Shown in pieces: positions 38,385 to 51,731 of a stretch of 64,000 nucleotides of DNA. The stretch covers positions 15,128,001-15,192,000 of the forward strand of contig OZ210885.1 in the NCBI GenBank assembly GCA_964658305.1, in the 5' to 3' direction. Position 1 is the stretch's first letter. Every line of letters begins with the position of its first letter. A program made the position numbers and the translations under genes. The notes under the pieces were generated by a model, which saw only the letters and a program-made list of their open reading frames with translations, was not told where the DNA came from and made no database searches. This stretch comes from Leptogorgia sarmentosa (taxonomy: Eukaryota).

Positions 38385-40914
38385 TATCTGACTATTCTGC
38401 GTCAAATACAAGTGGGAGCTCAACTGAAAATCAGGAATCATCAACAGATCAACCAGTATATAATCTGAGTGATAATGAAGGTCGATCATGTCCGCAATGT
38501 GAAAGACAGAATGAGAAAAATAGCGTTGGAATCGTCACAAACACAGGTTCCGTATCTGAAAATGAACTTTCTAGTACTAGTAGTTACACAGATCCGCCTA
38601 CTACACCAATACTAGTGATACCAGTAAATTATCCTTCAACATGGAGAGGTTTAACGAATATGCAGAAAGAAACAATTGTTCGAAAAGGCACTCCCGATAA
38701 TCCCCAGTGCTTCCCACATGATAGTTCAGGGCGCTGTTTCCCAACAAGCATAATTTTTAAAGACTTGCTGAATGGCGAGAAAGTAAAAAGAGATTGGCTT
38801 GTATGGAGTTCATCTACACAACGACTATTTTGCTTTGCTTGCTGTTTATTTCAAGATGAATCAATATCACAGGCTTCACAGCAGGAAAAAATGTCACAAC
38901 TAACAAGAAGTGATGCAGGAGTCAAGGACAATTGGAGGAAATTGTACGAAAAGATTGAGGCACACCAGCGAAGTTTTGCTCATATCACCTGCTATTTAAC
39001 TTGGAAAGATCTTGAGAAAAGCCTTAATGAATCGGTTGGAATTGACAATAGTCTTCAAAAACAATATGCTACTGAGATGAGAAAATGGCGAGAGGTGTTT
39101 AGATGCATTTTAGATGTCGTTTTGTTTTTGTCCGAAAGAAATCTTCCATTTCGTGGCTCCACCACTAAATTAGATGATCCAAACAATGGTCTTTCTTGGG
39201 AATTTGGAGCTACTTAGTAGTCATAACCAAGTGCTTAAAATGCACCTCAATGAAGTAAAAAGAAACCAAGAGACTGAAACTCGAATGCAGGCACACTACC
39301 TGTCATGGCGTTCACAGAACGAATTCATTCAAGAGTGTGCAAAGATTGTAATTAATGCCATTATTGATGAAGTAAAGAGAGCACTTTACTACAGCATTAT
39401 TGTGGATGGTACACCAGACACATCACATACTGAACAGATTACATTTATTCTAAGGTATGCGCATCTAAATGAGGAAAATCTCTGGGAAGTCTCTGAACGA
39501 TTTTTACAGATGGAAGACTGTGAGAAGAAGAAAGGGTGTGATATTGCAGAGTTGATATGTAAAGTGCTTAAAGAACACAACATCCCGTTAAAAAACTGTA
39601 GAGGGCAAGGATATGACAATGGATCAAATATGTCAGGATGTTACAAAGGAGCTCAATCATTAATACGGGAAAAGAATCCCCAAGCTGTTTTCTGTCCTTG
39701 TAGTGAACACACCCTTAATCTTTGTGGAGTTCATGCAGCTGAGTCCAATAATGTCGTGAAAAATTTTTTTGGAAATATACAAAAACTGTACAATTTATTT
39801 AGTTGCAGTCCATCTCGCTGGAAAATTTTGCAAGAAATTGCTCATATTTCGTTGCATAAATTGTCGGTTACACGTTGGAGTGCTAGAATCGAGGCTGTAA
39901 AACCACTAGTGAAGAAGCCCAGAGAAATTTTGGAAGCTTTAGAAAGCCTAAACGAACACGACTTGCCCGGTGATTTGTGGAATGATGTGGAATCTCTCAG
40001 CAAATGGCTACGGTCATTTGAATATACTTTACTGGTTACGCTTTGGTTCAAAATATTACAAGCCATTAATGATGTTAGCCTGTTGCTTCAAGGTTCTGGA
40101 ATTACGTCTTATCAAATCTCTCCAAGGAGATTTAAAGCGCATTCGTGAAGCGTGGGCTGTTATCCTTGAGGAATGAAAGCTTGTCGCTGACGAAGAACTC
40201 TTCAGAATAAATGTCTTTTAATGTTACTTTAGACACAGTAATTGGTGAAATGACGTGCATATTTCAAACAAGTGAACAATTGAACAACATGTTTTGCTTC
40301 CTTTGGACTCCTTCCAGTATAACTGAGAACTCACGCCAGTCGGAGGATGTCGAAAGTACTCGCAAAAGCTGTTGTCATGATCTCTCAAAATTCTATCCGG
40401 ATGATCTTAATGGGGACCAGATCTTTGAAGAACTCCGTCTACTCAATAAAGTAAAACAAAATGATAATTTGGTTGGTAAATTGTCATCTCTTCAGTTGCT
40501 TAACAAGATTTACGAGAAAGGACTTCAAAGCATATTTCCACAGATTTGTGTTGCCCTAAGGATCTTTGTGAGCATACCAGTGTCAGCCGCTAGCAGAGAA
40601 CGGTCTTTTAGTAAACTAACAATTGTAAAGAATTGTTGCCGATCTACAATGGGGCAAGAACATCTTTCTGGACTAATTACGCTTTCTTCAGAGCGTGATA
40701 TAGCACGAAAGATCAACTATGACACAGTAATTGAAGCATTTGCTTCGAGGTGTGCACGAAAAGCAAGAATATGAATTTCGTCAGTATACAAGTAAAGCCG
40801 AATTACCTTATTGTTCAGTTAAATATATGCAGATTTTTGTGTTGTTTTAGTGTTTTTTCGGGGGCCCCAAGGAAAATTTTGCCCCGGGCCCCAAAAGTTG
40901 TCTGGGCGGGCCTG
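38385..40914 (+). mobile_element. hAT transposon of ZMYM1-like type; 5' end missing, transposase fragmented (38615-40774)
   Basis: RDWLVWS...FCFAC, SIIVDGTPD, GQGYDNGSNM, PCSEHTLNL, TRWSAR, ERSFSKL; GC-rich end ...GGCGGGCCTG at 40914; no matching left TIR seen. Confidence 0.85.
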
Positions 40915-41246
40915 GTCAAGGCAATCTATTATGTGGAAATTAACATCAACATATGTATACTTGGAATGTCATGGACCAGAATGCTTAAGAGATCACAAGG
41001 AAAGTGAGCTTTGCAAAATTGCAAGCAAGACTAAAACAGGCTTCATAGAGAGTTCTGGGTACAATGAATTGAAGGATCAATCACTCCAGTGTAATATCTC
41101 CTAAGGATAGGATACAGGGGGTTTTACCTCAAAACAGACTGTTGTCGCAACTGTTCTTATGTAAAGACATGTAGTCGATAGGTACTAAGTCTGCAGATTT
41201 TTTTTAATGTGCAGTAACACTATTGCTTCACTTCTCGTGTGGTCAT

Positions 41247-41385
41247 TTGACCGAGCGTGAGGTCTGTACTGTGAAATATCAGACCCAGGTTTTTTAGTAT
41301 GGACCGAGCGACAAAGGAGCGAGGTCAATGCAAAAAACTGAGGTCTGATATTTCACAGTACAGACCGAACAAGCGAGGTCAATAA
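41247..41385. repeat. Palindromic repeat, possibly a Crypton-like terminus
   Basis: GGTCTGTACTGTGAAATATCAGACC and its reverse complement GGTCTGATATTTCACAGTACAGACC; the family assignment is recollection only. Confidence 0.55.
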
Positions 41386-43614
41386 TCTGTTTATTATATG
41401 GCTGAATTGAGAATTTGAACATATTCTTTTCACGCAAATTAACATTGGCTATCATCAGTTTCACTGGGTAACAGTATACGGTAGACATACATGCTCAATC
41501 TAGAGAATTTTCAAAAGCCATATAATAATAAATGTTATCATGTGGAGGAAACTGTACAGTTTGCATACAATAAAAAGGTTGCCACCAAGGTGGCAAAAAA
41601 AAACAATTATGCCGGCGCAATCAAATTGGGGGTACTCTTGCACGTCTGAGACTCTGAGGAATTTTAAAATTGACATAAGAAACTCACTCTTTCAGAAAAC
41701 TCAGGAGAATGTCATTTCTTGTGTTCTGGGAAAGGTTTTAGAAATGTTACAAAGATCACAACTGTAAAAATTCACAATTTGTTTAGAAATCAACCTTAAA
41801 TTTTAAAAGTTTTAAATTAGAAAGAAATTAATTAGAGATTTCACCACAAACAGTGTGGCGCTGTTATGGGGTATTTTGCCAAATGGAGAAAATCGAGATA
41901 ATTTCTAAACCTTCATGGCCCAGTTGTTCAAAGCTAGGTTAATACAAACCCTGTGTTAAAATGAAACCCAATGTTTTGATTATGTATTTCTGCCCGTCTG
42001 TTTGCTTCAAAGTTCGAAACTCCACTAACACTTAATGGTGCACTCCTGATTTCAAGCACTTTATTGTACTTCTGGCTGACACAGAACTTCTATTAAACAT
42101 TTTCTTTAGAAATACATATCGCACCAAAATTACCTCATTTCAGTTCATTTATGACTAGCACATAACTTATACAGGTTTTAACAGTACTTGAAAACATTAC
42201 CTTTGTAATGATATATCTCTCAATTCCAGTAACATTTTAAAGAAAATGTTATCTATGTATGTTATATATTACGGACTATACAGTATCTATTCTATATATC
42301 TAGTAATTTTCAGGTGTTCTTTCACTCCTCTGGTTTAGATATTTATTGTGTACGCAAGTTCAGATTACCAGTTTTTTATGTTTAGCACATGATTTAAACC
42401 AAAATTCACCATTAACTTAATGTTTTGAAAACCCGGAATTTCTTACAAAATGCGCTCTCAGAATGCTGCAAATGCCATTTCAGGGGTCCAAATTTTAAAA
42501 GTTGAAGAATGTTGATAATGGTGATTATGATCCTGATAATGGTGTTCACAGGTAGTGGCAATTAATGACTATCACTCTATTGTAACGACTCCTTGACCCC
42601 ACTTACATTATTTTGACTTTTAGAAAACTTCTGTCATCCACTATGATTCCTGTTGTGCAACATCAACTTGATGATTTTAAAGAAATTGTGTGGAATAGTC
42701 ACAGAATTCGACATCAGAGAGATACATTGCTACCTGATGGGGTTCCTGATCACATCTACAACTTTCCTCAGCAATATGGACTTGAAGAATGTGGTAATAA
42801 TGAAAACACCTGTAGTTTTTTACAGATATTCATAGCATATTCATAATATTTAAATATATATATATATTATTTACCGGCTGGGAGGTCCGTACGGAGAGAC
42901 CTCGACAAAATATTTTCCTGTACGGACCGACCTAAACGGTAAATAATAGATTTATTCCTTTCTCTTCGATGTTATTGTAGGATATTTAATATATTAAGTG
43001 GAGACACTAATAAGCGGAAACACGGTGTAAATATAAGGCCAAGTTGGCGGCCATTTTGTGAACAATATATTTATTCGTAGAGTGTAGTTGATTGTGGGTT
43101 ATGCGTGTGTCATCGGCTTCCCCGACCGGGGGGTCCCCGGGCAATAGTGGGGACTTTGCAAAGACTATTCAGTAATGTCTAAACATTACCCAACCACACG
43201 GGCCATGTTTTTTTTCAAATTCCCAACCCCTGGAGCTAAATAATGATGAAAATATCCATCCCCAGTGGCAAAAAAACTGTTGCCAAATTTTAAAAATTAA
43301 ACCCTAAAAACAAACGAAAAAATTTTCAATGATACAACTTTATTGCATTTTTTAATACTAACAGTATCATTACCAATCATTATCTTAAACAGAAATTAAT
43401 ATTGGCATTTATCAGAATACACAATGTTGTATGGCCCAAAACGAAAAGAGAACAGTAACATAACCAGGAAGTAATCAATACTCAATTCTTACAGTATTTA
43501 AACTATATACACTAAACCTAGAATGTTTCATGACATACCATGATTAATAACTAGATTAAGCTTCCATTATTCTTAACCATCATTCTCATTAATTAATAAC
43601 AGTACATTTAAAAA

Positions 43615-46404
43615 CTACTGTTCATCCATATCTTGCAAACATAATGCACAAATATAACTTTCCATTGCATCAGCTTCTTCTTGCGTTACACTGATGCAAA
43701 TGCAGTGAAACCATTCATCGCAGCCATCACATTGTATCATCAGACCCTCTTCCACGCCTCGGCAAATACAGTAAACATCTGGAACAACAGTTCTGGCTTG
43801 CTTTTGTTTCTTCTTCCTCCTTTTCTCGCTGTTTCTTTTTCTTCTTTCAAATTTTGACACAAAATGTTCGACACAAATTTCTGTATCCTCCAGTGATAAT
43901 AAACATGTTTTCGACAAATCTTCAACAATATCTGGCGAGACTTTGTTTCCAGCATTGACAAACTCTTCTATTGTGGCTCTTGGTGGTACTTTTTCACATG
44001 CATCATATCCCTTTTCCTCCACCCATCTGATGTGGTCTTCAGGTTTAAGATAATGACCGCTGCAGATGCCAGTGCACTTGTTGCATGGCCCACCCCTAGG
44101 CTGTTGTGGATCTTTAATGGGTATAGGTAGAAATGACAGTGGCGGGCCTCCTGGGTACCATGTGGTTTCGCTAGCTGGCTTTCCATTCACACACTGGGGG
44201 TGAGAGCAATTGGGCTGGTAACATGGAAGAAGCATAAAGAGGTAATTTGGTGGTAGGCTGGCAACCATATGCCTATTGCGTAGCTTCCAAATCTCAGTAA
44301 AATAGATGTACTCATCAGGATGTGATTGTCGCAGAAGTTCCTTGGCCTTCTTAGAACCTCGTAAAAATGTTAAAAGCCTTGGCCGTCGTTCTTGATACAG
44401 GCCACTTGGATTGCCTTTCACCAAGTTGATTTGTGTACCAAAACACGATGTTCCATGGACTGTGTTAATGTAAACATCGGTGGCCGAATCTAGGTTTTTC
44501 TTTAACATTTCCATACTTAATTTTCCGTCTGCATCCAAGTTACTGCCATGGATGGTAGAAGGTATAAACAAATTAGAATGGCCGATTGCTAAACAGCCAT
44601 TTTGAAGTTCCACTTTGTTAAGGTAGCTTCCACCGCTGTATCTAGCTGAAACCATGGTGCATATTGTCCCCTTTTGTTGATGTAGTTCAGTCCAATGAAA
44701 CTGCACTTCAGCAAGTGAAGGATTTTCATCCATAGCGCCATCAACACGGATACAGTGGATCGTTTTGTCTTCCATTAGTGGTTTAGTTTCCGAGAAAAGA
44801 GCAAGATTATTCAAGTCTGTGGCATGTTGACCTGGGTTTTTGGGGATGACCTTCTGGGGCTTAACCACTCCAACACAAACTACTGGTGTGTCACATGTTT
44901 CCATAAAAAGGTACGATGTTACTTGCAACGTAGATGAATATCTATTAAGAAAATCGGTACGTGTCGTCAACTCGGGCCTCGTCACATCTTGCAGTACAGG
45001 GTGTTGCTTATGTGTAAATGTACTGTCGAGTCGAAAACCTGCTGCGTCATCTCGATTAATGACTAGCTTGTCTAATCCATGTTTAAGTTGAATGTAATCT
45101 AAGATCTTATACATCGAACAGCTCCATTTAGCATCAACGTTGAGTTTAACGTTAAATCCTTTTCTCGCTCTTCTCGACACAATCTGTGCAGCACCCCAGT
45201 AGCGCTTTCTTGAGAGTTTTCTCTTGTTATGAACGCTGCACAGCTGCACCACTGTTCCATATCCAAATTTTGTACCATATCGTTCTTCCAGATGTGCTTT
45301 GATTCTTTTGTAGGTCAACTTAGGACCATGTTTAATGTTACCACTGAAAGTCAGTAAACCAGTCCTCCTCCAGGAGTCAGCACCAATTCTTCTTTCACGT
45401 GCAAAATCTTCTATAACTTTTCCAATATCTGGATATTTTTTAACAGTTTTGCTAACTTTAGGGGGAGTCTTTCTTCGTAGCAAACATTTTGACGAAAGCA
45501 TTTTGGCAACTTTTCTCTTCCTTAAACGTTGAAATATTGCATGCTGCTTCTTAATTTTTAGCTTAACTTCCTCAGAATAAAGTGGTTTCCCTCTGAGCGA
45601 TATCCAATCTTCGGGGTTATCAGATTCAGAATCTGAAACGATTTCTGATTCACCATCTGTAGCAGGCAATGTATTATCAGCTTCGATTTCGTGGTGTGGG
45701 CCATCGTCTTCACTTTCTTCTTCACTCAATACAATTCCAAGTTCCTGGAGCGATAGCTTTTCTTTAACGCGAACAACCTCATCTACAGCATCTCTTATAT
45801 CTTGAAATTCCTCTATGGCCTCCTTGATTGCATTCCTTTCCTTAGCAAGATCGGAAATGCCAAGTTCTTTTCTTGCTTGTTTTGCTGAAAGATGGGCTGT
45901 TGCAGCAACTCTAATCAGTTTTCTATCTTTTTCACTGGATGACAAAGCACATAACATTCTTAGACTCTCTTTAGAAATTCCTTTCTGCATTGTTGTTTGA
46001 GGAACTAGTAAACTGTAGAATTTTGTAAATTTTTCGTAGTTCATGTTCGGCGTGTACTCGGTAACAAAAAGCTTTTCACTGACTCTGAAAACAGCCACAG
46101 GAAGTTGCATAATGCGTCTGATGGCCTTGTCTGATTTGTAAATCCCATTGAAACACTTTCTAAAACATGCTGAAAGAAGAACGACACCATTTTCTATCAC
46201 TTCCAGAGCAAACCTTATCAATGGCAAACAACGACTACAGTTAAATTGTTTGTGCGTTCTTCGACAATATGTCCTTCTAGCAACAACAAATTCCTCCAAC
46301 GATAAGTCTTGAATTTGTGACAAGTATAAATTGTCTGTGTTTTTAATGTTATCTGTAAGGTTCATTTTAAGGTAAACGGAATATTTTTCAAACAATGTGT
46401 TCAC
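43615..46404 (-). CDS. Zator/TP36-like DDE transposase with C-terminal PHD finger (929 aa)
   Basis: INRDD, RVDGAMDENP and SGGSYLNKVE resemble Zator SQDDK / VDGGPDENP / SAFNRVE; C-terminal YCIC...MIQCDGCDEWFHCIC...YICALC is a PHD finger. Confidence 0.78.
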   Translation of the reverse strand: MNTLFEKYSVYLKMNLTDNIKNTDNLYLSQIQDLSLEEFVVARRTYCRRTHKQFNCSRCLPLIRFALEVIENGVVLLSACFRKCFNGIYKSDKAIRRIMQLPVAVFRVSEKLFVTEYTPNMNYEKFTKFYSLLVPQTTMQKGISKESLRMLCALSSSEKDRKLIRVAATAHLSAKQARKELGISDLAKERNAIKEAIEEFQDIRDAVDEVVRVKEKLSLQELGIVLSEEESEDDGPHHEIEADNTLPATDGESEIVSDSESDNPEDWISLRGKPLYSEEVKLKIKKQHAIFQRLRKRKVAKMLSSKCLLRRKTPPKVSKTVKKYPDIGKVIEDFARERRIGADSWRRTGLLTFSGNIKHGPKLTYKRIKAHLEERYGTKFGYGTVVQLCSVHNKRKLSRKRYWGAAQIVSRRARKGFNVKLNVDAKWSCSMYKILDYIQLKHGLDKLVINRDDAAGFRLDSTFTHKQHPVLQDVTRPELTTRTDFLNRYSSTLQVTSYLFMETCDTPVVCVGVVKPQKVIPKNPGQHATDLNNLALFSETKPLMEDKTIHCIRVDGAMDENPSLAEVQFHWTELHQQKGTICTMVSARYSGGSYLNKVELQNGCLAIGHSNLFIPSTIHGSNLDADGKLSMEMLKKNLDSATDVYINTVHGTSCFGTQINLVKGNPSGLYQERRPRLLTFLRGSKKAKELLRQSHPDEYIYFTEIWKLRNRHMVASLPPNYLFMLLPCYQPNCSHPQCVNGKPASETTWYPGGPPLSFLPIPIKDPQQPRGGPCNKCTGICSGHYLKPEDHIRWVEEKGYDACEKVPPRATIEEFVNAGNKVSPDIVEDLSKTCLLSLEDTEICVEHFVSKFERRKRNSEKRRKKKQKQARTVVPDVYCICRGVEEGLMIQCDGCDEWFHCICISVTQEEADAMESYICALCLQDMDEQ

Positions 46405-46436
46405 TCCTGTAGCAGAATGCTCTGTTACAGGCTCTG

Positions 46437-48488
46437 TTAATCTAAAAAAGGTAGTTCCTCGTTAGAACTTGCATCTCTTTCAAGAAGAGGAGAATGACCA
46501 ACACTTGTGGCACCTTGGTATTCACTTGTTTTTTCACAACTTTGCCGATTAGCTGGACCTTCACCTTCAAGAGGTACAACAGGAATTTCGTTTTCTGGAG
46601 CTGAATCGTAGTCCGCAACCAAATGAGCTGTTGATGCGGTCATATTTCTTGATAGTATAGAACTTGATCTTTGTAGCTTTCGAATACATGAGAGGTCATC
46701 ATCAACATTGGAAGCAGGCTCTTCGTCTGATGAAATTAATACATCTGTGTCATCATCAACAGACGAGCTGGAGGATTCCTGTGTCACATCGATCCTTTGT
46801 TTCTTTTTTGCATGGTGTGCCTTCGACCTCGTCTGCTTGGTTTTGAGCTTTTGCAACTCTGCTTCTAACTTTCTTTTCTTCACATTTTCCTCCAAGATAC
46901 TTCTATTGATCTGAGCTGCTTCTAGAAACTTTTCTGCATTGCTATACTTAACCTTCTGTTGTTGCAGAAAATTAATAGTCTCCTTCTGGCTTAAAATACC
47001 TTCAGAAAGTTCTTTTATTTGAGCCTGTCGAACCTCTTGATGTACATACTTTCTTTTCTTCTTGCCATCTTCACTTCCAAACACTTGAGACCTTGAAGCT
47101 TTTTTTGAGTAATTATAACCATCACTGTGAACCTTCTCTCTGGCTAAGGCGAGAAGTTTCCCTTTATTAAAGATGAGAGATCCATCCTGTTTGCATAACT
47201 GGTAACATGCTTGATTAATAGAATTTTGGTACTTCGTCAATTTTTTCCCAGCATTTCCATATATTCGGCTCTGGTTCTGAAGCTCAGATTCGGTAATTGT
47301 TACTGCTGTTTCAGCTGTGTTCGTTTTCTCATTAAGGTTCTAGAAAAGCAGATATTCAATTAAACTGGCAAGCCAGATGATAATTTTATCTAATCACGTT
47401 AACGTTATCAGTTATTATCACATGATAATCCCTGAAATTACAACAACTTTATGATAAAATAATAATAAACAGTAACTACACTTTACATTTTGCTTTCAAC
47501 ACCTCTGAAAAAAACACGCAGCTACCTGAACATTAAAACTACAGTAAGTAGAATTACAGTATATACCTGAACTCGGTCACCAAGCATCATTTTACCATTA
47601 ACCAATTTAATAGTACGCTGCAGGGAGTTTTTTTTTGAATTTGGTTGTTGTATTTGATCATCTTGCACCATTGCTTTTGGTTGCTCATCAGAAGAAAGAA
47701 TAACCTTCTCTTTCAAGGCCTGTAGATGTCAAATACATAATGAACATTAGAGAAAAAATCATACAAGGTCAATAAAATGAGGTATTTCATATTAAAACAA
47801 TATGATTTACTACTATTCACAACAAGCATTAACAAACAGTATATTATTTTATAAAAAACATTATAGGTTTTTACTACTGTGGAATACAGTAACTATTATG
47901 AGTAACATTTTATAATTATATTATATTATGGCATGGGGTGATGGGGATGAATTTTATTACCTTTTCACTTCCACAACCAGGACCGTGCTCACAAATTCGT
48001 GCTATTATTTTATCTTTGTTCCGTAAATCATGAATTTCCACGTTCACATATTCTCCCCAGTCACTGTCGTACCTCTGGAAGCATACGCTAGAGTACGTAT
48101 TCAGTTTTACGTTAAATAGCTCGACAACAATCTGAGCTTCGTCTTTGCTTTTGGTAGATGCATTCAGCAGTAATACCTTCTTCATCTCATTATATTCGAT
48201 TAACACGCGGTCCTAAAATTTGAAAAAATCGACACATTTTAGCTATGATTTTTATAGTATTGAGGCTGTATACATATATTTCAAAGCACGAACACAGACA
48301 CAAATTACCATAAACATTTATAAGGATGGGACAATATTAACATACTCAGTGTGTGTATATTCACTATAAATACTTTATAAACATATTTATATAGCCAAAT
48401 ATTCATAGGTTCAAGATGCTTGTATTTTACATACATTAACAATCTAATTTAATATTCTTACCTCAGTATCAGCTGCTAGATCCGCCAT
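46437..48488 (-). CDS. Four-exon accessory gene of the Zator-like element, 444 aa, coiled-coil, function unknown
   Basis: Exons 48488-48462, 48212-47961, 47719-47567, 47339-46437; all introns GT-AG and phase 0, giving one open frame. Confidence 0.75.
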
Positions 48489-49539
48489 TTTGGCTCTTGC
48501 GCATGTGGCCAAGGTCGGCTCTCTTCGTTTTCAAATCGTTAACGTTCGGAAAAAAATATCATATGCCCTTCAATTTCCCCGAGGGTTAGGGCAAGGCCAA
48601 ACAAAAGGCCCATGAATTTCCCCGCATGTTAGGCGAAAATACCGTTCAAAGTCCCCACAAATTTACGTATTCACCCCACTACGGCCCGGGGACCCCCCGG
48701 TCGGGGAAGCCGATGACACACGCATTACAATTGGTTCAATCCGTTTCGGTTGGACTCTACAGTTATGATAAAATTCGTCAAAAATTCAGTGTTGCGAACT
48801 AGATTTTGAGATCAGTTCGTTTGTTTACTTTGCTACCCTATCGCAAGTATGGCTGCTAAACAGCCAAGACGAAGTGAGAGAAAACCCTTCAATATTGATG
48901 CATTTTCTTCAATATTCACGCTTTTCCACTCAACAGTACAATGAAAAAGGTAGACTTATTAAAATTCTTTATTTTCCCGGTCGTTTCACGATACAAACAT
49001 TGTTAAAAGACGCTTTAGACACCGAAATATACACCCAAGTCTCATCAGTATTGATACTGATGAGACTTGTTTTTGTTGTGGTAAATACCCCCTAAAATAT
49101 CCCTTAGCATAATAAAATGACCTTTCATGCATTCTTTATTGCCTAAATTCGTTTTGAATATTTTAATAAGCGGCCATTCAATTTTAGAAAACAAAAACAT
49201 TGGCTATATTTGTATTAAATCTACAAGAATGCATGCGAGCGGTCCGTACTGTAGGATACGGACCACTCGGCAACCAATCAGAAAGCTCTATTTAGGTTAC
49301 CGACTGGGAGTTACAGACCGGAAAAAAATAAATTATATTATTATATAGGTTTCCATGTAACAGAAGACCAATTAGCTGAGATGGTTGATCATTCTGGAGT
49401 GCTGGGTATTGACAGTGATTTTCTTTCACAAGAGATGAGAGAGCAATGTGAGGCAATCATACCATACCCAGGAAAAGTGGAACCATCAGATTGTGCAAAT
49501 GCATTCTTATATTTAAACAGACATTTTGAAGATAATTAA

Positions 49540-50262
49540 AGCTGGGTTACAGTCGCTTCTGCGCATGTCTCAAATGTGTACACATTTTGTAAACATTGCG
49601 TAATTCAGAAAGATGGCTGACGCAGGGGAGTGCCAAATTGCAATTGTTTTTAGCTCGCCTATATATTCACATCAAAGCAAGAAACTTTATAACTAAAAAA
49701 TATGTATTAAAAAGTGTGCTTCTATGAATTATTTCGTGATGAAAATGTTTCAAAATCAAATATAAACCGAGTTACCTAATGCGTACGAAGCTGCATTGCA
49801 TAGTGCATAGTAAATATGATATATAATAGAATATTAAATTATACAAAGTGATATGAATTCCCCATAAGTAAGCTGTTGGTATCAAATATCATGTCGCATA
49901 TAAATACAAATACACATATTAATTCAACACGCTACAGCAAAGTTGACAATCGCCGACTCGCGGCCATCTACTTCAAGTCCAAGAGCTTCGAAGGCAAATC
50001 CTTCAAATCCTGGTCGCCAAACTCAACAAGAAGGTCGCAAAGAATATTTCGCGAAAAGGTATGCATCGAAAGTGTTCCTGAATAATGCTATCGGTCGGTG
50101 GAATCGGTTGAAAACTGTCAAATTTGCTGTAGCGTAAAACAATTGCAATTTGGCACTCCCCTGTGTCAGCCATCTTTCTGAATTACGCAATGTTATTATA
50201 TGGCAATGTTTACAAAATGTGTACACATTTGAGACATGCGCAGAAGCGACTGTAACCCAGCT
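49540..50262. mobile_element. Kolobok-type non-autonomous element
   Basis: TTAA|AGCTGGGTTACAG...CTGTAACCCAGCT|TTAA; TIRs ~110 bp. Confidence 0.85.
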
Positions 50263-51008
50263 TTAACATGCCTAATCATTACTGTAGGAAATGAATTTGC
50301 AAGCATTCACAAACATTATTAATAGCAATGTATTTAATGTCAATTTGGTGGAAGGTGTGTTTGTGACAAGGAATTGATCAAATCTGAAAACTGACCAAAT
50401 TTAACGAAATGTCAAGAGCTAACAAAGCATTAATGATAAAACTTACTATATAACAACAGTTAAAACAGTATAGTTGTTAATCTGTGGCTTCCAAAACTAG
50501 GTTTAAAGTAGTTGTTACAGATATGATCACTGATGAAATTCTCTATTGCAACTTTGGATAAATTGCCACTGCAAAATAACATCTCACTGTCTTTATCAAA
50601 CAATTCTGATGTTGCCAACCAGACGCCCAAATACCAGCCGACACCAGCCAGCCAGCAACACCAAAGAAACCACCGTTAGCCTTGAGGCGATTACTGGACT
50701 ATAATAAACCGGGCCTCAAGGCATAAGGAACATCCTCATTACTGACTTTATATAGCCTTTCCCGTTATTTGTTAAGTATTTAATGACACTCATCCTCTTC
50801 CATCATTAAAGACTGGGGGGAGGTAGAGAATAACATATTTACTGAGACACTTCATTGTTGTAACATGAAGTACATTCTGTACTTCTTTATCATTCGCAAA
50901 AGCATATTGACATTAAAAGCACGCTTCCTACGTTATTTGTGTCGATCAGGTTGCCGAAATAGATACGTTCTTATTTATCGAACACTGCACAAACTTGACA
51001 GCACACTA

Positions 51009-51491
51009 ATGCAGAGACTGCCAGAGAAATTTATATTCACCATTGGAACGAAACTGAAACACACAAGACCAGGAACTCATCAGAAACCAATAGAACTATT
51101 GAGCTACACAGACAAGGATCTGTGTGTTGTTCGCCACCTGGACGAGTATATTCGAAGGACGGCAGCGCTACGAAAGGGCAAGTCGCAGTTGTTGATTAGC
51201 TACATAAAACCGCACAACCCTATATCAAAAGATACAATAGCTCGTTGGGTCAAGGGAGTACTCAAAGATGCCGACATAAACACGAACAATTACTCATCAC
51301 ACAGCAGTAGAGCAGCAGCAACATCGTATGGATTCACAAAAGGAGCTGAACTGACCGAGATACTTCAGGCAGCAGGATGGTCAAACGCCCAAACTTTTGC
51401 CGCATATTATCACAAACCAATAGAGCGTGAGACATTAGGAAGCCACATTATGCGAGCTTTTCAGGCTAATACTGAACCCGAGCAAGTCTAG
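51009..51491 (+). pseudogene. C-terminal tyrosine recombinase fragment of a DIRS-type retrotransposon
   Basis: KLKHTRPG, LCVV, HSSRAAATS, AAGWSNAQTFAAYY. Confidence 0.88.
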
Positions 51492-51731
51492 AAATCGACA
51501 TGCGGTTGTTTGCAGATTGTCGTGTAATTTCAACCAGCTCAAGCCTAAAACTTGACGCACTGTTGTTTACAGATTGTTACTTAATAGGGAGTTTATATTA
51601 ACGATGAAATAGATGTTCAGTTCATGGAACGGGTTATTTGTGTTTCTTGCCACAGCAAGGGTACTACTCATGATGCCCAAGCTTCAAAATCTCATGTTGC
51701 TCCGTCGTGACGTAGCTGATGATGAGATAGA

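Larger units (their letters stand above)
43102..48724 (-). mobile_element. Apparently intact Zator-like DNA transposon
   Basis: Perfect 41-bp TIRs (43102-43142 / 48684-48724), TTA duplicated on both flanks, two open genes inside. Confidence 0.9.
42867..49343. mobile_element. Putative Crypton-like non-autonomous element (~0.85 kb) hosting the Zator-like insertion
   Basis: Palindromic left end TTATTTACCG..GGTCCGTAC...GTACGGACC..CGGTAAATAA (42867-42946) and a related motif GGTCCGTACTGTAGGATACGGACC at ~49241-49264. Confidence 0.45.
42500..49539 (+). pseudogene. Last three exons (~42500-42550, 42624-42792, 49349-49539) of a eukaryotic IS3/IS481-like integrase-core transposase
   Basis: LDDFKEIVWNSHRIR...LPDGVPDHIY; GT/AG boundaries join in frame to GFHVTEDQL...NAFLYL...stop; the last intron is expanded by nested insertions. 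Confidence 0.6.

Noticed and set aside
43615..43760. Host ING/YNG2-type PHD gene
   Set aside because: The PHD finger is the tail of a transposase ORF inside perfect TIRs.
49036..49069. 16-bp-stem palindrome containing CTGATGAG, suggestive of a hammerhead
   Set aside because: No stem II followed by GAAA or a cleavage triplet on either strand; it is just a hairpin.
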